Shown here: one piece after another, positions 10,359-19,495 of the stretch | Layout of the letters: every line of letters starts with the position of its first letter | Numbering within the stretch: the first letter of the stretch is position 1 | Source of the DNA: Halarcobacter sp. | GTDB taxonomy: Bacteria; Campylobacterota; Campylobacteria; Campylobacterales; Arcobacteraceae | DNA length: 64,000 nt | Reading direction: 5' to 3' | NCBI GenBank assembly: GCA_048571215.1 | Contig: CP182352.1 | Coordinates: 1,696,001 to 1,760,000, forward strand | The notes under the pieces: model-generated | Seen by the model: only the letters and a program-made list of their open reading frames with translations | Told to the model about the DNA's origin: nothing | The model's database searches: none | Position numbers and translations under genes: made by a program

Positions 10359-10631
10359 AACCATCCCACAGGTTTCGAAGGTGAAACTACTCTCGCTTAT
10401 TATTCATCCCTTTTGAGTGCCTAAAAACTTGCTAAAACGTTCTCCCAGAACGTTTCTTTAGGCTTCAAACAGTTTAGTCACTTGTTTTCAAAAGAGATAA
10501 ATAAACACTCGGCTTCTCAAATGTGGGAAAGTGGGATAAGGACCTTTGCATTTTTTATACCATTTTATTTAAGCTGGTGTGATACTCAATAATTATTATA
10601 AAATGTGGAGATTCAACTTCTGGGGTGTTAC
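10359..10631 (+). repeat. Structured repeat copy 2 (hairpin and tail)
   Basis: cccacaggtttcgaag...cttctcaaatgtggg hairpin and gtggagattca...ggggtgtta tail. Confidence 0.9.
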
Positions 10632-10663
10632 TTTAGAAGTATCTATTTTTAATAGAAAGATGT

Positions 10664-10704
10664 AAAAGAGAAAAAGAGGAATCAAACTTTCCTTTTCTCT
10701 TTTT
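10664..10704 (-). terminator. Probable intrinsic terminator
   Basis: aaaagagaaaaagagga...ttccttttctcttttt inverted repeat after the haem-binding gene. Confidence 0.5.
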
Positions 10705-10736
10705 TATAATAATTAAATAAATTGTTTCAAAACTTA

Positions 10737-11186
10737 TCAATCATTATCATGTTCTTCTTCACTACCAAATGTTTTTTCTAAGCCTAAAATAAGTTGTTGA
10801 GTTTCAGCTTGAGTAAGTTTAGCTTCAGGATGTGTTGGAAGATAATAAAAAGGTGGCATATCTCCTCCTTTTACTTCTTCTGCAGCTTCATCGCCTTTAT
10901 TTCTTTTTTGTGCACCCCACATAGAAACATTAAAATGTTCTCTACCCTCTTCAACGTCAAATGCAACCAACCAAGAGATAGGTGCAACTTTACTATACCA
11001 TGGATAAGTTGTCTTATTTGAGTGGCAATTAGCACAAGCTTTATCAAATAATACTTTTGTCTGCATTGAATCCCATTGAGGCTCCTTTACTACTGGTGGA
11101 TTTGTATAATCCTTTCCATAAGGAATAAATTGAATTAAGACAGCTACAACAGCTATACCTAAAATAATCTTACCTTTACTCATCAT
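10737..11186 (-). CDS. Haem-binding domain c-type cytochrome
   Basis: CANCH, YPWYSKVAPISW and MPP motifs. Confidence 0.9.
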   Translation of the reverse strand: MMSKGKIILGIAVVAVLIQFIPYGKDYTNPPVVKEPQWDSMQTKVLFDKACANCHSNKTTYPWYSKVAPISWLVAFDVEEGREHFNVSMWGAQKRNKGDEAAEEVKGGDMPPFYYLPTHPEAKLTQAETQQLILGLEKTFGSEEEHDND

Positions 11187-11278
11187 TCTTCTCCTAAATT
11201 AATAATTTAGACCGATTTTAAACTATTATTATGAATTCAACATGAATATAAAATGAATATTCTATATTAAAAAATATA

Positions 11279-11317
11279 GGGACATGGTACTCAATCAACT
11301 ATTTAGTCAATTTAATA
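11279..11317. repeat. Partial GGGACATGGTAC palindrome copy
   Basis: gggacatggtactcaatcaactatttagtcaatttaata resembles 2960-3000. Confidence 0.45.
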
Positions 11318-11330
11318 AGATAGTAGATAA

Positions 11331-11800
11331 TTAATTTAAAGTATTTTTTTTAATTCCCCACTTGAACTTATCTTTATACCACCCATATACATCTGAAATA
11401 GTCACTGAATTTGCTTTTCCCGAACTTGCATGAATAAACTTTCCATTTCCTAGGTATATTCCACTATGATTTACCTCACCTTTTAGACTTGTATCAAAGA
11501 ATACTAAATCTCCTTTTTCAAGTTCTTCAAGAGCAGTTTTTTCTCCTACTTGTGATTGAGATAAAGAGGTTCGGGGTAAGATTATTTTATTTTCTTTGTA
11601 AATATAATAAACAAAGCCAGAGCAGTCAAAACTATCTGGACTTTAGCGTATATATAAGGGTTCCCAAGTTTAGATTTTGCGAGTTTAATTATGTTTTTAG
11701 TAGATATATTATCTTTTACTATCTCTTTATTTTTATTTAAAGGGTCTGCAAATAAATATAAGGAAAAGATAGTAAAAATTGTTAGAAGATACCGTACCAT
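11331..11800 (-). pseudogene. Frameshifted NlpC/P60 peptidase
   Basis: LGNPYIYAK, frameshift near 11640, then PDSFDCSGFV, LPRTS, GDLVFF, HSGIYLGNGKFIHASS. Confidence 0.85.
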
Positions 11801-12066
11801 GTTGCTCCAATAAATAAAATAAATACCTGTATCAATGCAAGTAAACTTGATAAAGTAACTCCTAACCAAATAACAATATTCTTACCGTATTTTTTGATAT
11901 GAAAGTTTCCATAGATTATACTTAATGTTAAAAATATAATAACAATCAATGCCATCAATATAAAATTGACTTGAATATTATCAATCCACTCACTTTTCCA
12001 ATTAAAGAATATCACTCCGCTTAGAAAAGCCATTGTAAAAGGTATAAATTCTGAATTTTTTTTCAT
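11782..12066 (-). CDS. Hypothetical membrane protein (gene cassette)
   Basis: Starts just after attC core GTTAAAA; stop lies within TTCTAAC. Confidence 0.7.
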   Translation of the reverse strand: MKKNSEFIPFTMAFLSGVIFFNWKSEWIDNIQVNFILMALIVIIFLTLSIIYGNFHIKKYGKNIVIWLGVTLSSLLALIQVFILFIGATWYGIF

Positions 12067-12072
12067 CTTCTC

Positions 12073-12206
12073 TTTTAACGGCAATCTTGAGGGACAAGTG
12101 AACTAACGGTATAAATATTCAAATTTTACGGTATCTAAATACAACACATAAAAATTTAATATTTCGGCAGTTTTTACTTGTTCTCCTCTCCTAGTATTTG
12201 TTAGAC
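12073..12206 (-). other. attC site
   Basis: GTCTAAC aaatactaggagaggagaacaagt...acttgtccctcaagattgcc GTTAAAA. Confidence 0.8.
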
Positions 12207-12231
12207 TATTGCCAACTAAATAATGCTTTAT

Positions 12232-15207
12232 TTACTCAACTACTCCAGTACCAAAAGATGTTCCATCTGTCATGATTTTAGCTTGATTTTCTCCATATCC
12301 CATACTCATGTCAAGAAGTATTTTATTATCTAACAAAATCTTATTTATATACAGTTCATCATAAGCATATTTTAAAGTTGGAAATTCTTTTAATAATGTT
12401 GTCCCTTCTGTAGTACCATCACTTATCCATAATTGAATGTAAGTCTCATAGTTGCTAGAAGACGATAAATTTGTGATTTCTGCGACTATTAAAATTTTAC
12501 CATTCAACTCAAAAATACTTTTAATACCTGCCACATTAGTATCATCAATATTAGGTATTTTTTTAACTTCTGTTATAGTTGTTGGATTTATTTTCCATAA
12601 TGCCCCATTTATAACCTTATAGCTTATATTATTAACCGTTAAACTATTACCAAAATATGAATCACTTGAGCCAACTTTCAAATCTTCTACCATAACTGTA
12701 CCAGCTTCAGTTCCATCACTTTTCCATAATTCTTTACCATGTACACCATCATCTGCATCAAAAAACACAGTACCATTAACATCAATTAAGTTTCTTGGAT
12801 AACTCCAATTTGTTCCAACTCTAATATCTTTAATTATACTTGTACCTGCTTCTGTTCCATCACTCTTCCATAATTCTCCACCGTTAGCGCTATCATTATT
12901 ATAAAAAAATAAAATTCCATCACTCATAATTAAATCTTGAGGGGAAGAACCATAATCAGTAAGAGGTATTGTGCCTACTTCAGTACCATCACTTTTCCAT
13001 AATCTAGTTTTGTTATTTCCTTCGTTACCTGCAAAATAAAAAATATTATTATCAGCAACAGTAAAGTTATATAAATACGCAAAGTTATCTTTTATTTTTA
13101 CTGTTCCATTTTCAGTACCATCACTTTTCCAAAGGGAATCTATGCCATTATTGTCTTCAATTGTAAAATATAGAGTTCCATTAACATTGGTTAAATTAGT
13201 AGGGTTTGATGAATTTGCACCAATAACTATATCTTTTACTATCACTGTACCAGATTCAGTTCCATCACTTTTCCATAACTCTTTACCATGCTCTACATCT
13301 AAAGCTGTAAAATAGTATGTATTATTAATCTTAGTTAAACTGCTAACTGATGAACTTGCTATTTTTGTATTTATGTCTTTTAGTATCTTTGTGCCATTTT
13401 CTGTTCCATCACTTATCCATAGTTCAGCTCCATGATTATTATCACTCATAGTATAAATAAATTTTTCTCCCAATATTACACCAGATTCCGAAGTCCAAGA
13501 ATTCGATTCTGAAAGTATATTCGTTTTTAAAGGAGTGAGCGTTTCACTTGTAGTATTAAAGATTGATAATGTTTGATTACCCGTATTCTTATCCATTTGA
13601 GCTATATATAAAATATTATCTATTGGTGATTTTGAGATTGATGTATAATCTGATAAATCTAATAATTTTGTTGTATTATTAACTGTGCCATCAGTTTTCC
13701 ATATACTATCATTTGGCCATACATTATTATGTAAATATACAGTTTGATTATCTTCACTAAAGAAATCAAATGTATTAGATACTTCACCTGATGTTCTTGT
13801 TATTAATTTGATAGTTCCTACTTCAGTACCATCACTAATCCAAACATTTCCTCTTTGATAAAAATATACATTTTCTCCAAAAATTGAAAAAGCACCTGGA
13901 TCATAATCACTATTATATGTATAAAGAGTATTAATCTTTATAGTACCAATGTCTGTACCATCACTTACCCATAAATTTGTTTCTGTGTTGATAGCCGTCA
14001 TAAATATCTTAGTTGCTGTTGCAGCAAGTGTATTGATATATTCTCCTAAGTCTTTTACTAAAATAGTACCACTTCCTGTACCATCACTTTCCCATAATTC
14101 TTTGCCTATAGAAAAATAAAGTTTATTATTAAAGGTTGTGATTTTAGAAAAATAACTTGGTAAATCTTTCACCAAAACAGTACCATTTTCAGTTCCGTCA
14201 CTTTTCCATAAATCACCAGAATTATTATCATCATACAACCTAAAATAAGCAACTCCATTTAGATTTGTAATAGCTTCAATAGAAACATTGGAAGAACCAG
14301 TTCTTGTAAACTCCTTAATGAATGTTGTTCCATTTTCTGTTCCATCACTTTTCCAAATACTACCATATCCGTTTGAAGTATTGCTATCATATCTATTTTG
14401 AGTAAAATAGAGTACTCCCCCTATATCAGTTAATCTTCCACAACTACCTGTTTTTAGTAATATAGTTCCATTTTCTGTTCCATCTGTCCTCCATAGTCCA
14501 CTTCCATTATTATCTGAAGCCGTAAAATAAGTGTAACTACCAACTGTTATGAAATTTGATGGAGATGATGATTGTGTTGCTGTATTTATTTTTTTAACAA
14601 CTGTTGTATCTATTCCGTTAGTACTTATTAATTCTCCATCTCTTGAGACAGTAATATTTTTTTGTGATGATAAGTCAAAAGTATTTTTCAAATGTTCTAT
14701 AGCTTTATATTTGAAAACTGGTTCTTTATTTGAAGCTTTTATTATTGCATCTAGTTTTGTTGTATTTATATCTTTTAAATTTAATGATTCAACAAACATT
14801 CCATGAATAGAACTGTCAATGTTTATTTCATTCGTAATATTTCCATCATCATCTAATGATTGTAATAATATAGCTAATTTTGCTGTGTATTCATCATCAA
14901 AGTTTGTTCTATCTACATTTGCTATATCCTGTAAGTAAATATTTTTATCATTTGTAAAGCCATCTATGCTGCCAATTATTAAATTACCTATCTTAAACGT
15001 AATAGTTGCACCACTTTCACATTCAAACTTTCCATTTGCTTGTGTAGTTCCATTGATGTCTCCACACTCATAATTTATACCAACTACGGGTGAATCAATT
15101 AAATACCCTGTTACTAATTGTGAAGATGAAGTGCTACTTCCACCACCGCAACCATTTAAAAATACTATGAAAAGTATTAAAACTATTATTGAAATTTTGT
15201 TTTTCAT
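12232..15207 (-). CDS. ELWxxDGT-repeat surface lipoprotein (3 kb cassette)
   Basis: LNGC lipobox; more than 10 (E)LWxSDGTxxGT repeats. Confidence 0.9.
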   Translation of the reverse strand: MKNKISIIVLILFIVFLNGCGGGSSTSSSQLVTGYLIDSPVVGINYECGDINGTTQANGKFECESGATITFKIGNLIIGSIDGFTNDKNIYLQDIANVDRTNFDDEYTAKLAILLQSLDDDGNITNEINIDSSIHGMFVESLNLKDINTTKLDAIIKASNKEPVFKYKAIEHLKNTFDLSSQKNITVSRDGELISTNGIDTTVVKKINTATQSSSPSNFITVGSYTYFTASDNNGSGLWRTDGTENGTILLKTGSCGRLTDIGGVLYFTQNRYDSNTSNGYGSIWKSDGTENGTTFIKEFTRTGSSNVSIEAITNLNGVAYFRLYDDNNSGDLWKSDGTENGTVLVKDLPSYFSKITTFNNKLYFSIGKELWESDGTGSGTILVKDLGEYINTLAATATKIFMTAINTETNLWVSDGTDIGTIKINTLYTYNSDYDPGAFSIFGENVYFYQRGNVWISDGTEVGTIKLITRTSGEVSNTFDFFSEDNQTVYLHNNVWPNDSIWKTDGTVNNTTKLLDLSDYTSISKSPIDNILYIAQMDKNTGNQTLSIFNTTSETLTPLKTNILSESNSWTSESGVILGEKFIYTMSDNNHGAELWISDGTENGTKILKDINTKIASSSVSSLTKINNTYYFTALDVEHGKELWKSDGTESGTVIVKDIVIGANSSNPTNLTNVNGTLYFTIEDNNGIDSLWKSDGTENGTVKIKDNFAYLYNFTVADNNIFYFAGNEGNNKTRLWKSDGTEVGTIPLTDYGSSPQDLIMSDGILFFYNNDSANGGELWKSDGTEAGTSIIKDIRVGTNWSYPRNLIDVNGTVFFDADDGVHGKELWKSDGTEAGTVMVEDLKVGSSDSYFGNSLTVNNISYKVINGALWKINPTTITEVKKIPNIDDTNVAGIKSIFELNGKILIVAEITNLSSSSNYETYIQLWISDGTTEGTTLLKEFPTLKYAYDELYINKILLDNKILLDMSMGYGENQAKIMTDGTSFGTGVVE

Positions 15208-15222
15208 GTCTGTCCTTCGTAT

Positions 15223-15250
15223 GTCTAACTATTTGTTAGTACTACATTAT
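15223..15250 (-). other. attI-like site
   Basis: actaacaaata-GTTAGAC; similarity to the 24.2 kb copy starts at this core. Confidence 0.75.
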
Positions 15251-15640
15251 ATATAAATAATATATAAAATCACCTAATAGCACTACATTTTTTATGATAA
15301 GATACTAAATTGCTATAAAGCCCTTAAATAAGCTATTTTTAATATTATTTAAATAATATATTACAATATATAATATTTTTTAAACCTAAATTGTATATTT
15401 GATATAATTTTTAATATTAGACTATTAACGTATATCTGTAATAGCTTATCAAAATGTTATGCTATTGATTAAAAATCGTAATAGTTTAACAAAATGCTAA
15501 ATATATCAGGAGTAAAAAATGGATAAGAAACTACTAGATATTATGAGTGATAAATTCTAAATATTCACTTTTTTATTGAAAAAAGTAAAACAAAAAGCAA
15601 CCCGCGGGTTTCGAAGGCAGAAGCTTCCCTCGCTTATTAT
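15226..15640 (+). repeat. Near-identical duplicate of 24189-24603 (attI, promoter region, intI stub, repeat start)
   Basis: Direct visual alignment with few substitutions. Confidence 0.9.
15519..15560 (+). pseudogene. intI-like 5' stub MDKKLLDIMSDKF*
   Basis: AGGAG RBS; divergent from attI; KLLD motif typical of IntI N-termini. Confidence 0.65.
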
Positions 15641-15894
15641 TTATCCCTTTTGAATGCCTAAAAACTTGCTCTTGTGCTTGCACTCTCTGTGAGAAAACGT
15701 GAATTAGTCACGTTTCTTTACGCTTCAAACAGTTTAGTCACTTGTTTTCAAAAGAGACAAATAAACACTCAGCTTCTCAAATGCGGGAAGGTGGGATAAT
15801 GACCTTTGCATTTTTTGATACCATTTTATTTTAGTTGGTGTGATACTCAATAATAATTATAAAAGTGGAGATTCATCCTCTAGGGTGTTATTTT
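15561..15894 (+). repeat. Structured repeat copy 3
   Basis: Hairpin and tail; carries a 23-bp insert at 15671-15693. Confidence 0.9.
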
Positions 15895-15895
15895 A

Positions 15896-15922
15896 ATATT
15901 TCTCTCCAATGATTTGTTAGAC
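15896..15922 (-). other. Half attC truncated by the repeat
   Basis: GTCTAACaaatcattggagagaaata resembles the first arm of the attC at 16404-16474. Confidence 0.7.
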
Positions 15923-15940
15923 TTATTAATACTTGAAGAG

Positions 15941-16381
15941 TCAACTCCAAGATTGAATTTCTATAATATTTCCTTCTATATCTCGTAAATATGTAAATTT
16001 TAACAGTCCAACACCTTCAACTTCATTTTCAATAACTTCACCTAATGTTGTTGCTCCATTTTTTAAAGCTTTTGTTAGTATTTCATCTACATTATCCACT
16101 TCAAATGCAATATGTGTAAAACCAATTTGATTAGCCATAATTGGATTTGTATCTATAAACTTTTCATAACTAAATATTTCTAATGTTGGAGGGTTGTCAT
16201 ATCCAGGCAAGGATAAATGAACACCCATTTGTCTAGCATTTTTAATTCCTATAGCTTTATCTAACCATTCACCCTTTAAATCTCTTTCAGGTGGTTTAAT
16301 TTTGCATTCAAAAACTTTAATATAAAAATCTGCTAATGCTTTCCAATCTCTTGCTGCTATGTTTGTATGTGCAAATCTCAT
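15941..16381 (-). CDS. VOC/glyoxalase family protein (cassette)
   Basis: HTNI, GFTHIAFEV and RDIEGNIIEI motifs. Confidence 0.9.
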   Translation of the reverse strand: MRFAHTNIAARDWKALADFYIKVFECKIKPPERDLKGEWLDKAIGIKNARQMGVHLSLPGYDNPPTLEIFSYEKFIDTNPIMANQIGFTHIAFEVDNVDEILTKALKNGATTLGEVIENEVEGVGLLKFTYLRDIEGNIIEIQSWS

Positions 16382-16403
16382 TTATTATTTTCCTTTTACT
16401 TTA

Positions 16404-16474
16404 GTCTAACGTTTAAGTTGAGAAATAGTTTTGCCCGCTAGGGTAAACTATTTCTCTCCAAGGTTTTATTATAA
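16404..16474 (-). other. attC site (R'' AAC changed to AAT)
   Basis: ttggagagaaatagtttaccc-tagc-gggcaaaactatttctcaacttaaac GTTAGAC. Confidence 0.8.
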
Positions 16475-16476
16475 TC

Positions 16477-16809
16477 TTACTTTATACCCCTAATCATTTT
16501 ATCTTCATCAATTTCATCCTGAATATCTTCTGTAATTTCTCTATTATAATAATTACTAATTGTATTAGCTTGATCAACAATCATGTCAATTTTTTCTTCA
16601 TATTTTTCTGTATTTAAATCTTCGATTTTAAAATTTAAAAAATCAGAACATAAATCACTTTCTAGACCCAAGTGATCATCGTGAAATGCATATACATGTT
16701 CAGAGTTACCTCTTTTTACAATTTCTTGAACAGTATTGTATTCTTTTGGAGAATCCTCATCTTGATTTAAATCATTTATTACATCATGGATATTTTTTAA
16801 CTTCTTCAT
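16477..16809 (-). CDS. Acidic hypothetical protein (cassette; probable start MKKLKN)
   Basis: AAGGA RBS; lies between two attC sites. Confidence 0.7.
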   Translation of the reverse strand: MKKLKNIHDVINDLNQDEDSPKEYNTVQEIVKRGNSEHVYAFHDDHLGLESDLCSDFLNFKIEDLNTEKYEEKIDMIVDQANTISNYYNREITEDIQDEIDEDKMIRGIK

Positions 16810-16874
16810 ATATTGAATCCTTTTGTTGTTTATTTTATATATTTTAGCTAATTTTACTTGGTATTTAAATTTAA

Positions 16875-17009
16875 TTATAACGTTGGACTTGAAAAACAAG
16901 GAGGATGATAGCACTTGATTATTTCAGTTCTCATTTTAGCTATTTTGTTCTAAAAAGTTTATACTAACCGCAGTATACCCTTGTTTTTCTTTCCAATGTT
17001 TTGTTATAT
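16875..17009 (-). other. Long attC site
   Basis: ATATAAC aaaacattggaaagaaaaacaagg...ccttgtttttcaagtccaac GTTATAA. Confidence 0.85.
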
Positions 17010-17012
17010 ATT

Positions 17013-18410
17013 TTAAAAACCAAGATTGAAATCATCAATTAAATCAATGATTACATCAGATGGATCATCATTTTTATATTTTCTCAAAAGCATTTCTCTT
17101 AAATGCTCGTTGTTTAAAAAAATAATTAATTTGTTTTTTTCTATAAAAATATCTTTTCTTTTCTCAATGCCACTTTGATTTGGAAGTTTTTTACTACATA
17201 TGATTCCAAATCTACCAATTGTTTGCTTTAAATAATCATCAATTTGAAGCAATACAGATTTGTCAATTTCACTTCCATTTTTAGAATAGTTTTTAAACTC
17301 AAACACTATATATTTTGCATCATAGTCATCCCTAATAAATTTCCAATTTTCATTACTATTTCGATTGGGATATATAGCATCTCTTATATCAATACCAGAT
17401 TCCCTCCGTGATTGTATTTTAGGTTTGCCAAGTGGTGGTACAAATAAGTAATTTAAAATATCTACACAAATATCTTCATATATTTTCCAACCTTCTTTTC
17501 CTTCTGGACATTCATCTAATCTTTTGATTAATTTTTGTATATTTTCTAACTCTTTATCAATTAATTTAATTTTTTGTTTTTTTGTAAAAGTTTTTTTATT
17601 GAAATATTCTTTTATTAAATGAGGGTGTGAAAAAAGTTTTTGAATTAGTTTATGTCTATCCCATATAATAATATTGGAGGTATTTTGCACTAAAAAATCA
17701 TGAGAACTTTTAGTAATTTCAGAATTTGTAATAAGTAAAATATTATTAGCTTTTTCGATAGTTGAAATTCCAATTAATTTCCTTAATACTTCAATTGATA
17801 TTTTCTGATTTTTATAAAACCTAGCTTCAACTATTGTTTTTTCCTCAATACCTAGTATATTTTTTGTCTTGGTTATAAAATCATACCCACCATCTTTTGT
17901 GGGTGGAGTTCTTTTTACTTCAAAATTTTCTGATAAAAGAAGATCATACACTAAATTTTCAAACTTTCTCCCATCAAAACTTGACCAATCTTGTAATTCA
18001 TAATCTACATTACCAGTTTGTAGTAATGCCTTTTTTAGAATATCTAAACCAATTTCTTTATTTTTTGAAAAATCAGCATATAAGTAATTAGATAAATCAT
18101 ATGGGATTGTTGAATTGTCAATTTTAATTGGTAGAATTTTAATGCCTCTATTACTGGCATTTTGTAATAAAGCAGAATTTAGTTCGTATTGCATCCATTT
18201 TGAAGTTAAAGAAGAATTACTTAACACAAAAATAAACGCATTGCTAGATTCAATACCAGATACAATTTTATCTTGAATACTATCACCGAGTTGAATCTCT
18301 TTTTGATCATACCAAATATCATAATTAGTATCTTGTAAATTTGCATTAAGCCATTCAACAAATTCTTTATCTTCATGTGAATAACTAATAAAAACTTGTT
18401 TCTTCATCAC
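17013..18410 (-). CDS. TIR domain plus Mrr-like restriction endonuclease protein (cassette)
   Basis: VFISYSHEDK and SKWMQYEL TIR motifs; FE..V..L and DGGYD..VEAR nuclease motifs; second D..FEFK motif at the C-terminus. Confidence 0.85.
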   Translation of the reverse strand: MMKKQVFISYSHEDKEFVEWLNANLQDTNYDIWYDQKEIQLGDSIQDKIVSGIESSNAFIFVLSNSSLTSKWMQYELNSALLQNASNRGIKILPIKIDNSTIPYDLSNYLYADFSKNKEIGLDILKKALLQTGNVDYELQDWSSFDGRKFENLVYDLLLSENFEVKRTPPTKDGGYDFITKTKNILGIEEKTIVEARFYKNQKISIEVLRKLIGISTIEKANNILLITNSEITKSSHDFLVQNTSNIIIWDRHKLIQKLFSHPHLIKEYFNKKTFTKKQKIKLIDKELENIQKLIKRLDECPEGKEGWKIYEDICVDILNYLFVPPLGKPKIQSRRESGIDIRDAIYPNRNSNENWKFIRDDYDAKYIVFEFKNYSKNGSEIDKSVLLQIDDYLKQTIGRFGIICSKKLPNQSGIEKRKDIFIEKNKLIIFLNNEHLREMLLRKYKNDDPSDVIIDLIDDFNLGF

Positions 18411-18423
18411 TTTCCTTATCTAT

Positions 18424-18452
18424 ATATAACTATTTATTGAATATACATTATA
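18424..18452 (-). other. attI-like site
   Basis: tcaataaata-GTTATAT; 7-mer complementary to this cassette's R''. Confidence 0.7.
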
Positions 18453-18705
18453 TAAATAAAGTACTTAAATCCACTACTTTATTATATATTTAGTAGAAAA
18501 GCTTATTTCATGCATCTTTATAGAGGAATATTACAAAATACAATATTTTTTCTATATATTTTTATTATAAGTTATAATTTTTATATATATTTAATGTCGA
18601 TATTTGGAACTTTTATATATATAATGTATGTTAAAAGTGAAAATTTAACTTTAAATAACATTTTGATTATTTAACAAAATGATAAATATATTATGTGTAT
18701 TTGGA

Positions 18706-19070
18706 TAATACTATTATCAAAATATTTGAGTGTAAACTAACTTTTGCTGTACGTCTTAACTTATTCCGACTTTCTTTTATAAAAAAGAAAGTAGCAAAGA
18801 AATTATCCCGCAGGTTTCGAAAGTGAAACTTCCCTCGCTTATTATTTCACTTTTCTGTTTTTCAAAACTCGCTAAAACGTAAGTTAGTTACGTTTCTTTA
18901 CGCTCTAACAGTTGAAAAACTTTTCCGAAAAGCAAAATAAACACTCGGCTTCTCAAATGCGGGAAAGTGGGATAAGGACCTTTGCATTTTTTTATACCAT
19001 TTTATTTTAATTGGTGTGATACTCAACAATTATTATAAAAGTGGAGATTCATTCTCTGGGGTGTTATTTT
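18706..19070 (+). repeat. Structured repeat copy 4
   Basis: Part of left arm, hairpin and tail. Confidence 0.9.
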
Positions 19071-19077
19071 AAAGCAA

Positions 19078-19277
19078 CTATAAACAAATGTATAGATGGA
19101 ACATGAAACTATTATCGATGATTATACTACTAAAATGAATACAAAAAAAGCAAGAGATATAGTTAGAAAAAGAGCTTCAATTGTAGAGCATCCATTTTGC
19201 AAGTGTGAATTCCATTTCACTTCATGGTACAATAAAAAGAACTTTAGGTTGGGATCATTTTTTAGTAAGAGGAAAAC
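19078..19277 (+). pseudogene. Transposase fragment, IS1182-like C-terminus
   Basis: RKRASIVEHPF, 28-bp insert, then GTIKRTLGWDHFLVRGK. Confidence 0.7.
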
Positions 19278-19480
19278 AAAAGGCAAGCATACAACAGCTG
19301 TTCAAATTGCACTTATGCGAAAAATGATAATTATTGCACATTCTTTATATAAAAATGACATACAATATGACAAAGATTTTTATAAAAAAAGTTGTGGATT
19401 TCAAGAGTAGAAAACTACTCTTGATTTAAGAAATTGATTTAATTAAAATTTATAAATTTCAAGTTTTTTTAAGGTGGCGA
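19278..19480 (+). mobile_element. 3' remnant of a second, diverged IS110
   Basis: GKHTTAVQIALMRKMIIIAHSLYKN resembles the C-terminus of the intact copy; ends ttttttaaggtggcgact like the intact IS end. Confidence 0.8.
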
Positions 19481-19495
19481 CTGTTCCCTTATTTT

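Noticed and set aside
11582..11869. 95-aa ORF
   Set aside because: It is the 5' frame of the frameshifted NlpC/P60 pseudogene.
12400..14500. Recurrent ccatcacttttcca DNA motif
   Set aside because: Explained by the WKSDG protein repeats.
16810..16914. N-terminal extensions in the ORF track (also 23683-23784 and 1220-1315)
   Set aside because: They run through attC sites or upstream genes; downstream starts have RBSs.
19096..19410. 104-aa ORF as a real protein
   Set aside because: Chance in-frame chimera of two transposase fragments and a 28-bp insert.
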